A stretch of 64,000 nucleotides of DNA from positions 7,275 to 71,274 of IMG/VR virus record IMGVR_UViG_3300017971_000280; one strand, 5' to 3'. Positions 26,381 through 35,712 of this stretch are shown here, one piece after another. How positions within the stretch are numbered: the first letter of the stretch is position 1; every line of letters starts with the position of its first letter. Origin of the DNA: a virus. A program made the translations under genes and the position numbers. The notes beneath the pieces were generated by a model. The model searched no databases. It had not been told where the DNA came from and saw nothing but the letters and a program-made list of their open reading frames with translations.

Positions 26381-27535
26381 ATGAAAGTACTTTGGATAGG
26401 AGATGCCATAGTTAACAGTGGGTTCTCAGTGGTTACTCATGGTATCTGTAATGAGTTAGCTGAAAAGTGTGACTTGGTAGTGTATGGTGTTCGTTATGAT
26501 GGTAGATTAAGACATAAGTGTAGCTATCATGTATATCCTGGGCAACGTGATGGAGACATGTACGGCTTTGAATTTGCCGCACAAGTTGCACTTCAAGAAG
26601 ACCCCGATGTTATAGTAGTATTCAATGATGACCACATTGTTAATTTGTATATTGATGCCCTTCGTGTATCAGGGGAGAGACATGGTTCTAGGGCTAGAAT
26701 AGTTCCTCTTTTTCCTGTTAATTTGCTTCCTCTTAATAAAGATATAATGTTTTACTTTTCAGTTAAGGGAGTCGAGCAGATTATGACTTATACCAATTTT
26801 TCTAAACACAAAATTGAGGAAATCAACCCAAATCTAAAGATTAGTCCTATTTATCATGGTGTGGACAGTAGTTTGTATTTCCCTATAATTAATGCTAAAC
26901 ATGAGTTGGGGGTTAAAAATGATTTTATCGTTGGTAATGTCAACTCTAATACTTACAGAAAACGTCTCGACTTGTTTTTAGAAGGATTTGCTAAATTTGC
27001 TAAAGGTAAAACTGATGTAAAGTGTCTCATTCATGCAAGTACCCACGAAAAAGCATACGATTTACCATCTTTAGCAAGTGACTTTGGGATTGTGGATAAG
27101 GTTATATTAAGTACTGGTAACCTAACTGTAGATAAGTTAAATGTCCTTTATAATGTAATGGATGTTAATACCAACACGTCACTTGGTGAAGGATTCGGTC
27201 TTTCCCTTGTAGAAGGAGCGGCTTGTGGTATTCCTATCCTATGTGCTGAACATGGTAATCTAAAAGATATTTGGGGTAAAAATGCTGACTATATTAAGAT
27301 AGAGCGTTCTGAGTATATCGCTGGAACTATGTGGAAAGGTGATGTAATAAGCACTGATGACTTTGCTGAGAAGTTGAATAGGTTCTACGAAGACCGTTCT
27401 TATTTGGCGGAGCGTAAAGAAGCTATTCTTGAGGTTAGCAAAGACACTAAATTCCAGTGGTCAACCATATCAGATAAGGTAATGAAGGTACTTATTAGTG
27501 CAAACAAAGGAAGATTGAGCTTTGTCTCTCAATAA
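26381..27535 (+). CDS. Glycosyltransferase family 4 (GT-B)
   Basis: LWIGD..SGF, N.N..RKRLD, SLGEGFGLSLVEGAACG. Confidence 0.88.
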   Translation: MKVLWIGDAIVNSGFSVVTHGICNELAEKCDLVVYGVRYDGRLRHKCSYHVYPGQRDGDMYGFEFAAQVALQEDPDVIVVFNDDHIVNLYIDALRVSGERHGSRARIVPLFPVNLLPLNKDIMFYFSVKGVEQIMTYTNFSKHKIEEINPNLKISPIYHGVDSSLYFPIINAKHELGVKNDFIVGNVNSNTYRKRLDLFLEGFAKFAKGKTDVKCLIHASTHEKAYDLPSLASDFGIVDKVILSTGNLTVDKLNVLYNVMDVNTNTSLGEGFGLSLVEGAACGIPILCAEHGNLKDIWGKNADYIKIERSEYIAGTMWKGDVISTDDFAEKLNRFYEDRSYLAERKEAILEVSKDTKFQWSTISDKVMKVLISANKGRLSFVSQ

Positions 27536-27572
27536 TCATGATTTATTTTAGATTATTTTTAAAATTCTTGCC

Positions 27573-27618
27573 AAAAAAGTGGTCTGATGGCGTACTTTTC
27601 GTTAGTGATCGATCAGGG
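27573..27618 (+). promoter_or_regulatory. Bipartite element, candidate late promoter (copy 2)
   Basis: AAAAAAGTGGTCT-N14-CGTTAGTGATCGATCAGGG upstream of the head genes. Confidence 0.6.
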
Positions 27619-27667
27619 AAGCCTAACACTTGTATGCCCGTTTGGGCAAGTTAAACGGAGTATTAGT

Positions 27668-28264
27668 ATGGATGAAAAAGAAACTAAGTTTACAATAAGT
27701 CTTAACTTCATCGAAGATGGTGATTTAGCCCAAGCTGGTATTCCTGATGAGTATAAGAACCCTTTGTTGACGTGGGTGCGGTTCATCTTCACGGATGACC
27801 AACCAAACGCAAACAATCAAGGAATTGGGCAAGATGAGTTCGGAAATCTCATTAAGTCCATGTCTTATATGCCAATCAAAGCTAACTTCGATTCTGAATT
27901 CGGACTTGAGGGACACTCTGATGCTCTTATAATTGGATGTATTAAACAAGGACAACAACAGGGAAATACGGTGGTTGCTATTGGTGCAGTCTACCATGAT
28001 GAGTTCCCTGATATTGTTGACTTCTTTAAGAAAGAAATGAATGAGGGCGGAAGTGTTGATTTCTCTTGGGAAATAAGATATAAAGATTCAGAAGAAAGAG
28101 ATGGTGTCGAGTGGCTAAAGGAAATAACAACTAAAGCTGTGACGGCTGTTCAACACCCTGCTTACCAAGGTAGGACACCGTTAGTTTCTATCAGTGCAAA
28201 GGATTTAATCCAATTGATAGATGAAGAGCTAAAGGATAGAAAAGAAACTGAGGTGGTTAAATGA
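27668..28264 (+). CDS. Probable prohead (capsid maturation) protease
   Basis: PNANNQGI, GH...IG, FSWEI, AV..PAY pattern; precedes scaffold and capsid genes. Confidence 0.65.
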   Translation: MDEKETKFTISLNFIEDGDLAQAGIPDEYKNPLLTWVRFIFTDDQPNANNQGIGQDEFGNLIKSMSYMPIKANFDSEFGLEGHSDALIIGCIKQGQQQGNTVVAIGAVYHDEFPDIVDFFKKEMNEGGSVDFSWEIRYKDSEERDGVEWLKEITTKAVTAVQHPAYQGRTPLVSISAKDLIQLIDEELKDRKETEVVK

Positions 28265-29229
28265 ATAGATTGTTAGACCTAAGTGGTGTATCTACTCCTC
28301 AGTTATTGGAGATTAAGAAGGTATTGAGTGCTGGCGTTCCTGCTCAGGCAGAAGATACTAGCACAGTAGCTCAGGATTATCTTTGTCATAAAAGTCCTCC
28401 AAAGGGTTATCCCAAGGAGAAAGGACAATACGGTGACCCCGAATGTTACAGATACCCACTTAACACAAAAGCTAGATGTTTAGCCGCTTGGAGATACGTT
28501 CACCAAGAGCAAAATAAATCCATCTTGGGTGGTAAGTTCAAGAAGGTAGAAAGCAAAATTAAAAGTTATGCCAAACGGCATTTCAACCTGGATCTTCAGG
28601 TTGGCGAGTCAGAAGAGTTCGATTGGGAAAAGGCATTCATGGAGTTCTATGATGCAGAGACAATGGGCGAGCGTTGCGAGCTTATTGAGCTTGAACCAGA
28701 AGACTCTGAAGAGGCATCAAACCGTGAGGGAGTAGAAATTATGGACTACACAAAAGAACAGATAGAAGCTCTTGAACAGGAGAATAAGTCTTTGAAGGGC
28801 GACAATGAGACCTTGACGAAAGAAAAGGAAACTTGGGCTACTGAAAAGGCTGAGTTAGAGGAAAAAGCTTCTCAGGTTGAGACTCTTACAACAGAGATTA
28901 AAACCATGACGGACGAGCTTGAGACTCTACGCACGTTCAAGAAAGAAACTGATGAAGCCGCAGAAAGAGCGGAAAAAATTAAGGGTATCAAGGCTAAGTT
29001 AGACGAAGCCGAGCTTGATGCTGACGTGGAAACGGACGCTGATTACTGGTTGAGTATGACTGATGAGACTCTTGAGAAGACAATCGCAAAAATGAGCGAT
29101 TTGAAAAAGGGGACACAGGCTTCAGCAAGTATGAAAGTTCCCCCTGTTAATAGCGGAGACGAGTCTGATGCAAGATCTATTGTTTCAGATGGTCTGAAAG
29201 AACTAAAACAGGCGAAGGACAAGAAATAG
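28261..29229 (+). CDS. Scaffold-like coiled-coil protein with N-terminal YGDP..YRYPL domain
   Basis: Acidic coiled-coil C-terminal half; gene position; internal SD and ATG at 28741. Confidence 0.65.
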   Translation: MNRLLDLSGVSTPQLLEIKKVLSAGVPAQAEDTSTVAQDYLCHKSPPKGYPKEKGQYGDPECYRYPLNTKARCLAAWRYVHQEQNKSILGGKFKKVESKIKSYAKRHFNLDLQVGESEEFDWEKAFMEFYDAETMGERCELIELEPEDSEEASNREGVEIMDYTKEQIEALEQENKSLKGDNETLTKEKETWATEKAELEEKASQVETLTTEIKTMTDELETLRTFKKETDEAAERAEKIKGIKAKLDEAELDADVETDADYWLSMTDETLEKTIAKMSDLKKGTQASASMKVPPVNSGDESDARSIVSDGLKELKQAKDKK

Positions 29230-29247
29230 TCTTAGAGAGGTATTCTA

Positions 29248-29847
29248 ATGGGAGTAGAAATTAGATTAAGAGGTACAGCTATCGCTTGTATAGCACAAGA
29301 AGACATTCAGGCAGGACTTGCTGTTAAACTTGGAGCCGCTAGTAACGCACCTAGAGTGTTGGCTGGAAATGCAGACCCAGATCCAAGACTACAGGGCGGA
29401 ATCTACAACGTTTTGCAGGGTGCTTCAAAGCCTACATCAGATGATGATGCAACGGCTAAGTATGTAGCCGCATTCCGTGTATACAATGAGAAACCTCCAC
29501 TTTACCAGTCTCTACCTACACAGGATATTGGCAATAGCACAGTACCATATACGTTGAGAGAGTTCATTGCGGGTCAAGAAAACTTACCTGCCGATGTTAA
29601 CCTAAAAATGGTCGTTCCAAGATTGAAGGAAGATGCCACAATTCCTTCTGGTGCATTGATGTTGGCATATGACGAAGGTATTTACACCGTAACAAGTGGA
29701 TGCTTCGTTGCTGGCACATACACAATTGGAAATGCTATAAGTGTGAAGAGTGGTGGTCAGTGGTACGAAGGTGCTGGTGGTCAGGTTGGTATTGTTTTCG
29801 AACAAAATACAACCAAGAACACACTAACAATCAAGACTTCACAATAA
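29248..29847 (+). CDS. Probable head decoration/cement protein
   Basis: Lies between scaffold and major capsid genes; IAQEDIQAGLAV pattern. Confidence 0.55.
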   Translation: MGVEIRLRGTAIACIAQEDIQAGLAVKLGAASNAPRVLAGNADPDPRLQGGIYNVLQGASKPTSDDDATAKYVAAFRVYNEKPPLYQSLPTQDIGNSTVPYTLREFIAGQENLPADVNLKMVVPRLKEDATIPSGALMLAYDEGIYTVTSGCFVAGTYTIGNAISVKSGGQWYEGAGGQVGIVFEQNTTKNTLTIKTSQ

Positions 29848-29863
29848 GTGGGAAGCTAAATAT

Positions 29864-29885
29864 GGGGAGGGTTAATCCCCTCCCC
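29864..29885 (+). other. GGGGAG/CTCCCC hairpin upstream of the capsid gene
   Basis: GGGGAGGG-ttaatc-CCCTCCCC. Confidence 0.6.
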
Positions 29886-29903
29886 GAATAGGTGAAAATA
29901 AAA

Positions 29904-30824
29904 ATGGACGAACAAAAGTTTAAAGAAGCTGTTGCTCAGATAGCAAAAAGTGATAAGAGAGCACTGGCTGAACTTATTGTCGAATACGTTGACCCTAAGC
30001 ATGTTACTCAGGACATCGTAGGTATGTTCCTAAATACTAGGAGCTTAAATCCTGGTGATGCTCTAGTAAAGAAAGTTAGAAGGGGTATTGAAGTTCGTCA
30101 GTTAGTTCCTGGTCAGGATACTCTTGCTAGCCAAATCACAGTGAAAGAAGTTGTAACTTACAACTTGGACACAGCTTACGCAGAAGTTGCCCACAATGAG
30201 TGGGAGGTAGAGTCAGGTGAAATTGGCACTGTTGACGAAATAAGACGTGAGATGATGGCGAAACTGTCAGACTTTTACGTTGTTAAGGTTATGAATGCGT
30301 TATATACGTTAGCTACGATTAACGATAGCACAAACTTCTGGTATGTTACCGCTCCTATAACAAGAAGCACACTAGAAGATGCTATTGATAGCATTGCTGA
30401 TATAGCTGGAAATGTCAAGGCTGTGGTTGGTAGAAGGACTGCTTTAGCTCCTATCACAAAGTTCGCTGGATATAGGGTTGGCGTTGGTGCTACCGAGGCG
30501 GCTGGTTCAGCCGTACCTGTATCAAGTGCTCTGGAAGAGATTAGGAGAACTGGTTGGTTTGGCATCTACTACGGTGCAAACTTCATCAGCTTAGAGCAAG
30601 TCTATGACAACCCATATGACAGAAACGGATTAATCAAGGATAACCTAATAACCGTGATTGGTGATAATTGTGGTGAGTTTATTACTTACGGAGACGTAAG
30701 GGAAGACCAGTGGACCGATATGGTTACTGCTCCTCCAACTTGGCACATTAGAATCTATCAACAGTTCGGTCTCCTATTTGACCGTATGGAAAATGTGGGC
30801 ATCATAAGAACTGACTCACCGTAA
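29904..30824 (+). CDS. Major capsid protein
   Basis: About 306 aa at the expected position; G.Y.G..I..L pattern; AGGTGA SD before ATG 29904. Confidence 0.7.
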   Translation: MDEQKFKEAVAQIAKSDKRALAELIVEYVDPKHVTQDIVGMFLNTRSLNPGDALVKKVRRGIEVRQLVPGQDTLASQITVKEVVTYNLDTAYAEVAHNEWEVESGEIGTVDEIRREMMAKLSDFYVVKVMNALYTLATINDSTNFWYVTAPITRSTLEDAIDSIADIAGNVKAVVGRRTALAPITKFAGYRVGVGATEAAGSAVPVSSALEEIRRTGWFGIYYGANFISLEQVYDNPYDRNGLIKDNLITVIGDNCGEFITYGDVREDQWTDMVTAPPTWHIRIYQQFGLLFDRMENVGIIRTDSP

Positions 30825-30841
30825 ACGATGAGTAAATAGTG

Positions 30842-30863
30842 GGGGGAGCTAAATTACTCCCCC
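30842..30863 (+). other. GGGGAG/CTCCCC hairpin downstream of the capsid gene
   Basis: GGGGGAG-ctaaatta-CTCCCCC, no U-tract. Confidence 0.6.
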
Positions 30864-30928
30864 CTATTAGAAACTGGATGGAAGAGAGGTTCAGAAGTTC
30901 AGTATAAAAATCATAAAGGAGATATACA

Positions 30929-31432
30929 ATGGAAGACAAAAAGTATCCAAGAATTTTCAAGAAAGCTATTAAGGGTTCAGTGGGTGGTACATTTATCAAC
31001 ACAAGAGGAGAAGTAGAAGAGTTTCTTCTAAAAGGTGACCCAAATACGAAAGATGTTGAGCAGATAACTGTAGAAGTTCAAGATGCGGAAGCTGAGAAGT
31101 TCTTTATAAAGAACAACAAAATCGCAATAGTCAATGGCTATTTAGTCGAGGTAACCGAAGGTTATGAAATGACTTTGGATGAAGTAAATGCGGTTAGTGA
31201 TGGATTTTTGAAGGACTTATTAAGGTCACCTTACGCAAAAATGAAGAAAAGAGTAGAAGAATTTACGTCACCTGTCCCTGTGGATAGATTGCTCACCTTT
31301 GCTTTAGAGGCTAATAAGCCGTTCAAGACTATCGAGTTCTTGAAGGCATCCTTGAATAAGTTTAATGAAAGAGGTGGAGTACCCAACGTAGCTGAAATTG
31401 GTGGTGTGAAGATTGGTGGTTCTACACAATAG
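30929..31432 (+). CDS. Hypothetical protein
   Basis: AAGGAG SD; ORF track. Confidence 0.75.
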   Translation: MEDKKYPRIFKKAIKGSVGGTFINTRGEVEEFLLKGDPNTKDVEQITVEVQDAEAEKFFIKNNKIAIVNGYLVEVTEGYEMTLDEVNAVSDGFLKDLLRSPYAKMKKRVEEFTSPVPVDRLLTFALEANKPFKTIEFLKASLNKFNERGGVPNVAEIGGVKIGGSTQ

Positions 31433-31465
31433 AATAAATTACACACAACCTCAAGAAAAAATAGC

Positions 31466-31484
31466 GGGGGAGAAAACCTCCCCC
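31466..31484 (+). other. GGGGAG/CTCCCC hairpin
   Basis: GGGGGAG-aaaac-CTCCCCC. Confidence 0.55.
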
Positions 31485-31500
31485 AATCGGAGCAGAGCGG

Positions 31501-31989
31501 ATGCCAGAGACGACAACGTTAGCATATTTAATACCTCAATTTAGGAGACATCTATCAGACTATACGTCTCCTTACACCTATGATGATGCCACGTTATCTG
31601 GTTTTCTATTCGACTCTATTAAAGCATTAGGACACAGATGGAATAATAAGTATTACGTTGCCACTGTAGCTGGTGTTTCTGATTTGATTGTCAGAAACGA
31701 GAATTTCAACTTATTTGATTTTTCCGAACCTCCAGTTATCCAGACTCAAGATGAGCGAGCTATCATTTTACAAGCTTCTGTTATTATAAAGAGTAGCACG
31801 AAGTGGAGTGAATCTGGTAGTGCTGTTAATTGGAGAGACGATGAAATCTCATACTCTAATGTTCAGTCAGCAAGACAAAGAAGCTCAACATTAGAGGATG
31901 ATATAAAAGAATTGAATGAATTATTCCCTGTTAAGTTAGCCCAATCTAAGTATGGTAGATTGTATGGCTGGACTAGAGACTGGCAATAA
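31501..31989 (+). CDS. Probable head-tail adaptor
   Basis: LI...R..L.D....Y.D..L pattern; position after capsid gene. Confidence 0.55.
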   Translation: MPETTTLAYLIPQFRRHLSDYTSPYTYDDATLSGFLFDSIKALGHRWNNKYYVATVAGVSDLIVRNENFNLFDFSEPPVIQTQDERAIILQASVIIKSSTKWSESGSAVNWRDDEISYSNVQSARQRSSTLEDDIKELNELFPVKLAQSKYGRLYGWTRDWQ

Positions 31990-32125
31990 TTTATTAGCGG
32001 TATTAAGTGGATGTCCTTAATGCCAGATGTCGGATGATAAATCTATGTTCACGGTATCAAGTACTGACTTTGACACCGTTTAATATATTTAAAATAGTTA
32101 CGTTGAGTTAAAAAGGAGAGGAATT

Positions 32126-32842
32126 GTGGAAGAAAAGGAAAAGGACGGGCAGAAGATTACTTTAAAGATTATCCAGATTTCAGACCTACACATTACATCT
32201 TTTCGAAATCTATTGACCCCGATGATTGACGCTATAAACCGTGAACCAGTGGACTTGGTTGTTGTAACTGGTGACACTGTTCATGATTCTTGTGATATGA
32301 AGTTGTTTAAGGAAGCTTCCGACACTTTAAACAAGATTAAGCACAGAGTAGTTGTCATTCCTGGGGATTATGATGGCGGAAATTTGTGGAAAGAATATTT
32401 TGGGGAGAGTCGTCTGAGGGCTTTTAACCTTAATGGCTTTTGTTTAGATTTTCTGGATACCTCATTTATGAGGCATAGGTATGGAGTTGGTTGGGGAGAT
32501 GTTCTGAAGGAAGACCCTGAACAAGATGAATGGTTAAAGAAGCAGTTAAAAACTGATAAATACCATATCATATTTTCCCATCATCCATTTTGGACACAAC
32601 CAACGAAAGAGGGAGATGAGTACTTAACTGATAATGTAAGGGCTGTATATTCAGGACACCTACATGAACCAGTAAAGTTTTACTTTAAGTATGACAAACC
32701 GAAATCTCATTTTCCAAATGGGTTTACATGTGTTCCAATGAAATTTCACGGTAATGCGTGTTACATGGTTATCTTGGTTAAGCAAAACGGTGAGATGGTT
32801 AATTTCCCTAGAGTCGTTACTGCAAAGCGGACGGCATGGTAA
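32126..32842 (+). CDS. Calcineurin-like metallophosphoesterase with atypical GNH motif
   Basis: ISDLH, TGD, PGDYD, SHHP, SGHLH. Confidence 0.8.
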   Translation: MEEKEKDGQKITLKIIQISDLHITSFRNLLTPMIDAINREPVDLVVVTGDTVHDSCDMKLFKEASDTLNKIKHRVVVIPGDYDGGNLWKEYFGESRLRAFNLNGFCLDFLDTSFMRHRYGVGWGDVLKEDPEQDEWLKKQLKTDKYHIIFSHHPFWTQPTKEGDEYLTDNVRAVYSGHLHEPVKFYFKYDKPKSHFPNGFTCVPMKFHGNACYMVILVKQNGEMVNFPRVVTAKRTAW

Positions 32843-32857
32843 GAAAAGGAGTGGATA

Positions 32858-34168
32858 ATGAACGGTAAGATAAGACTTTTATGGATTGGAGATTCACCAG
32901 CAGTTAGCACAGGTTTCGGACGTGTGTCGCAGGGAATTTTAGAAGGATTGTATCAAACTGGAAAATATGATGTAGCAGTTCTTGGTATCAATCATCAAAT
33001 AGGTGACCCTCATCGTTACGAGGGTATGTTTAGAATCTATCCCGCTAGAGCGAGGGGGAATGTTTACGGGTTCAATAGGGTTCAGGAAGTTATCGCAAAG
33101 GAGAGACCTGATTTAATCCTTATTAACAATGATTTGTGGATAACTTCAGAGTATGTTAAAGAAATTCCTGAGAATAATAGAATTATAACTTACTCACCAG
33201 TAGATGCTTTACCAGTACAACCAGAGTGGATAGAGGTTCTAGATAAAGTTAATGCTAATGTTACAACTTACACGGAGTTTGCTAAACACGGTATACAGGG
33301 AGCAAAGGATATTAAGGTGAACGTTATCGGTCATGCTGTAGATACTGATGAGTTTTACCCTATAGAAGATGCTAGAAGTTTCATGGCAAACATCCCACCA
33401 GATTCTTTTATTGTACAGAACATAAATAGGAATCAACCAAGGAAGAGATTAGACCTATACTTGAAGGCAATGCAGTTGTGGTTGTCTCGTTTACCAAGAA
33501 GCGATAGAGAAAACATTAACTTCTACTATCATGGCACTTTAAGAGACGTTGGTTGGAATCTTGTTCAATTGGCTCAGAGATGGGGAATTGACGATAGATT
33601 CTTGATAACCGACCAAACACACATCAGTCCAGCACAAGGTGTCTCCATTCAAATGTTATGCAAGATTTACAATTGTGCTGATGTTCACGTTATGACCTCA
33701 ATGGGAGAAGGATTCGGGTTGAGTCCATTCGAGAGTGCGGCATGTGGTGTGGCACAGATTGTTCCAGACCACTCTGCTTGTAAAGAATTATGGGTAGGAA
33801 AAGCACCGTTAATCAATATTGACCATTGGGAGGTTCTTACTGGTGGTGTTAACACCGAAGGTGGGGTAATTGATGTTGAGCATTTGGTAAGTATCCTAGA
33901 CGATTTATACCACAATAGAGAAAAGGTTAAAGAATACGGAAAGTTAGCTTATGAATTTGTTCAACGTGAAGAGTTCACTTGGGGTTACATTTCTAATGAG
34001 TTTGATAAAATCATTACTGACATAATGGAGGCTGGTGATTCGTCATTATCTAAAAAGTTTTCCACAGAACCAACAACGTTTGTTGAAGCTCCCGAAGTAG
34101 AGAATAAGGAAGCCACCATAGCGGGAGAAAAAGAGAAGAAAGATGACGATAACGTTTCCAGCAACTAA
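32858..34168 (+). CDS. Glycosyltransferase family 4 (GT-B), paralog of 26381
   Basis: LWIGD..TGF, NRNQPRKRLD, SMGEGFGLSPFESAACG. Confidence 0.88.
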   Translation: MNGKIRLLWIGDSPAVSTGFGRVSQGILEGLYQTGKYDVAVLGINHQIGDPHRYEGMFRIYPARARGNVYGFNRVQEVIAKERPDLILINNDLWITSEYVKEIPENNRIITYSPVDALPVQPEWIEVLDKVNANVTTYTEFAKHGIQGAKDIKVNVIGHAVDTDEFYPIEDARSFMANIPPDSFIVQNINRNQPRKRLDLYLKAMQLWLSRLPRSDRENINFYYHGTLRDVGWNLVQLAQRWGIDDRFLITDQTHISPAQGVSIQMLCKIYNCADVHVMTSMGEGFGLSPFESAACGVAQIVPDHSACKELWVGKAPLINIDHWEVLTGGVNTEGGVIDVEHLVSILDDLYHNREKVKEYGKLAYEFVQREEFTWGYISNEFDKIITDIMEAGDSSLSKKFSTEPTTFVEAPEVENKEATIAGEKEKKDDDNVSSN

Positions 34169-34595
34169 ATCAACTAAGGATGCTATTAGGAATGCAATTG
34201 GTCAAGTAGTTACATTCATAATTCGTGGTGACCAATCAGCATGTCCAGTATGTAGCGGGTTAGATTTATATGATGAGGTTAATGAGGTTAGTCTTGACCC
34301 ATATTGCACGACATGTTCAGGTCAATACTGGATAACTGCCGATGTTTACTCTGGTGTGATGGCTCACGTAAGATGGAGAACACAAGACCAACCAGATATG
34401 GGAGTTGGTGGAGAAACTTTTGATGGTGACTGTATGATTACCATTGATATAAATGCTCTTTCAGAGGCTAATATTGTCAAGGTAAAAGAAGTAATAGCGG
34501 ATTCACGTAAGTTACAAATATACAGAGCTATACATAGAGGAGTCCCAACAAGGGATAGAATCAGATTTGTATGCAGAGAATTTGGGAAGGAGTAA
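34143..34595 (+). CDS. Probable head-closure/neck protein with zinc-binding insert
   Basis: CPVC...CTTCSG; gene position. Confidence 0.5.
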   Translation: MTITFPATKSTKDAIRNAIGQVVTFIIRGDQSACPVCSGLDLYDEVNEVSLDPYCTTCSGQYWITADVYSGVMAHVRWRTQDQPDMGVGGETFDGDCMITIDINALSEANIVKVKEVIADSRKLQIYRAIHRGVPTRDRIRFVCREFGKE

Positions 34596-34599
34596 AGGA

Positions 34600-34824
34600 A
34601 TGGGCAAAGAATTTCAAGGTTTGACGGAATTAGAAATCGTTAAACTAATAAATAAAAGGAAGAAAAGGTACTGTGCAATTGCACTAAATGACCTTGAGGA
34701 AGAAATCCAAGACCCTGAATTATTCAAGAGAGTAAGGAAGGTTGTTCTTGATAATATGAATAGCTTCACACGAAGCGTTTTTACGGTGGTTGGAATTAAC
34801 GTAGAAGGAATTGAGGATGAGTAG
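34600..34824 (+). CDS. Hypothetical protein
   Basis: ORF track; AAGGAG SD. Confidence 0.65.
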   Translation: MGKEFQGLTELEIVKLINKRKKRYCAIALNDLEEEIQDPELFKRVRKVVLDNMNSFTRSVFTVVGINVEGIEDE

Positions 34825-34827
34825 TAA

Positions 34828-35700
34828 ATGGAATTTCGCTTTTCACATAGGATATTCAACTTCAATCCTGTTGGAGTCCTAGGAGCTTTAGGAATAACTC
34901 CAAGAACATATCCATTCAGATACCAAGCTCTTATAAGTGAGGTTTATTTTGTAATAGAAACTCAAGTTAAGGTTTCGGCACAGAAATTAAATTTCTTAGT
35001 TAAAGAAGCGTACAGAAGGGATATGATGGACATTGAGGAATACATCAGGTTTCCTGGGTATATCTCAGTGATGGAACAAGCATTAAGCAATCCCGCTCAT
35101 GTTGATGTTTTTTGGGATGAGAAAAATGTAGTTCAAGCGAAATTTATTGATACTGATAGATTAGGTGATGTTGGTGACCTTCAAGCGATACAACAACTTG
35201 TGTATCCATTGAGAGGTACTCTGGACAGATGGAGAGGTTTGTATGTTGCTTGGTTAGAAGGAAGAAGTAACAGATATGCTGAGACAGTTGGACGTAGATT
35301 AGACTTAATGAGGACTTTTGGTGTAGCACCATTTTGGGAACTCATAGAATATGGAAATCAGCAATATCCAGCATACCCAACAAATGGTCCAAAGAGGACT
35401 CTTTCTAACTTCAAAGGCATATACAACCGAGAGATGACTATTACTTACCAAAAAGTACTAGGACTTGTTCGACAGCTAATTGGAGCACCAGACCTTATCT
35501 TTAGGGAATTTCAAGCCGCTACAGTTACATATCAAAACCAACCCCAATTTGGATATTCTTGGAAATCAAGGATGGGAAAGAATGTATTTGCACTGGCAGG
35601 GACAGAAAAATTAATTGGTGACCGTCTCACAGCTAGAGGTTTTTTGTTAGACCCACAAGGTGTGGTGATTAAGAAATGGAGCGGATGGTTGCCGAGATAA
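34828..35700 (+). CDS. Hypothetical neck-region protein
   Basis: APFWELIEYG resembles tail-completion proteins. Confidence 0.55.
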   Translation: MEFRFSHRIFNFNPVGVLGALGITPRTYPFRYQALISEVYFVIETQVKVSAQKLNFLVKEAYRRDMMDIEEYIRFPGYISVMEQALSNPAHVDVFWDEKNVVQAKFIDTDRLGDVGDLQAIQQLVYPLRGTLDRWRGLYVAWLEGRSNRYAETVGRRLDLMRTFGVAPFWELIEYGNQQYPAYPTNGPKRTLSNFKGIYNREMTITYQKVLGLVRQLIGAPDLIFREFQAATVTYQNQPQFGYSWKSRMGKNVFALAGTEKLIGDRLTARGFLLDPQGVVIKKWSGWLPR

Positions 35701-35712
35701 GGAGCTTACGCT

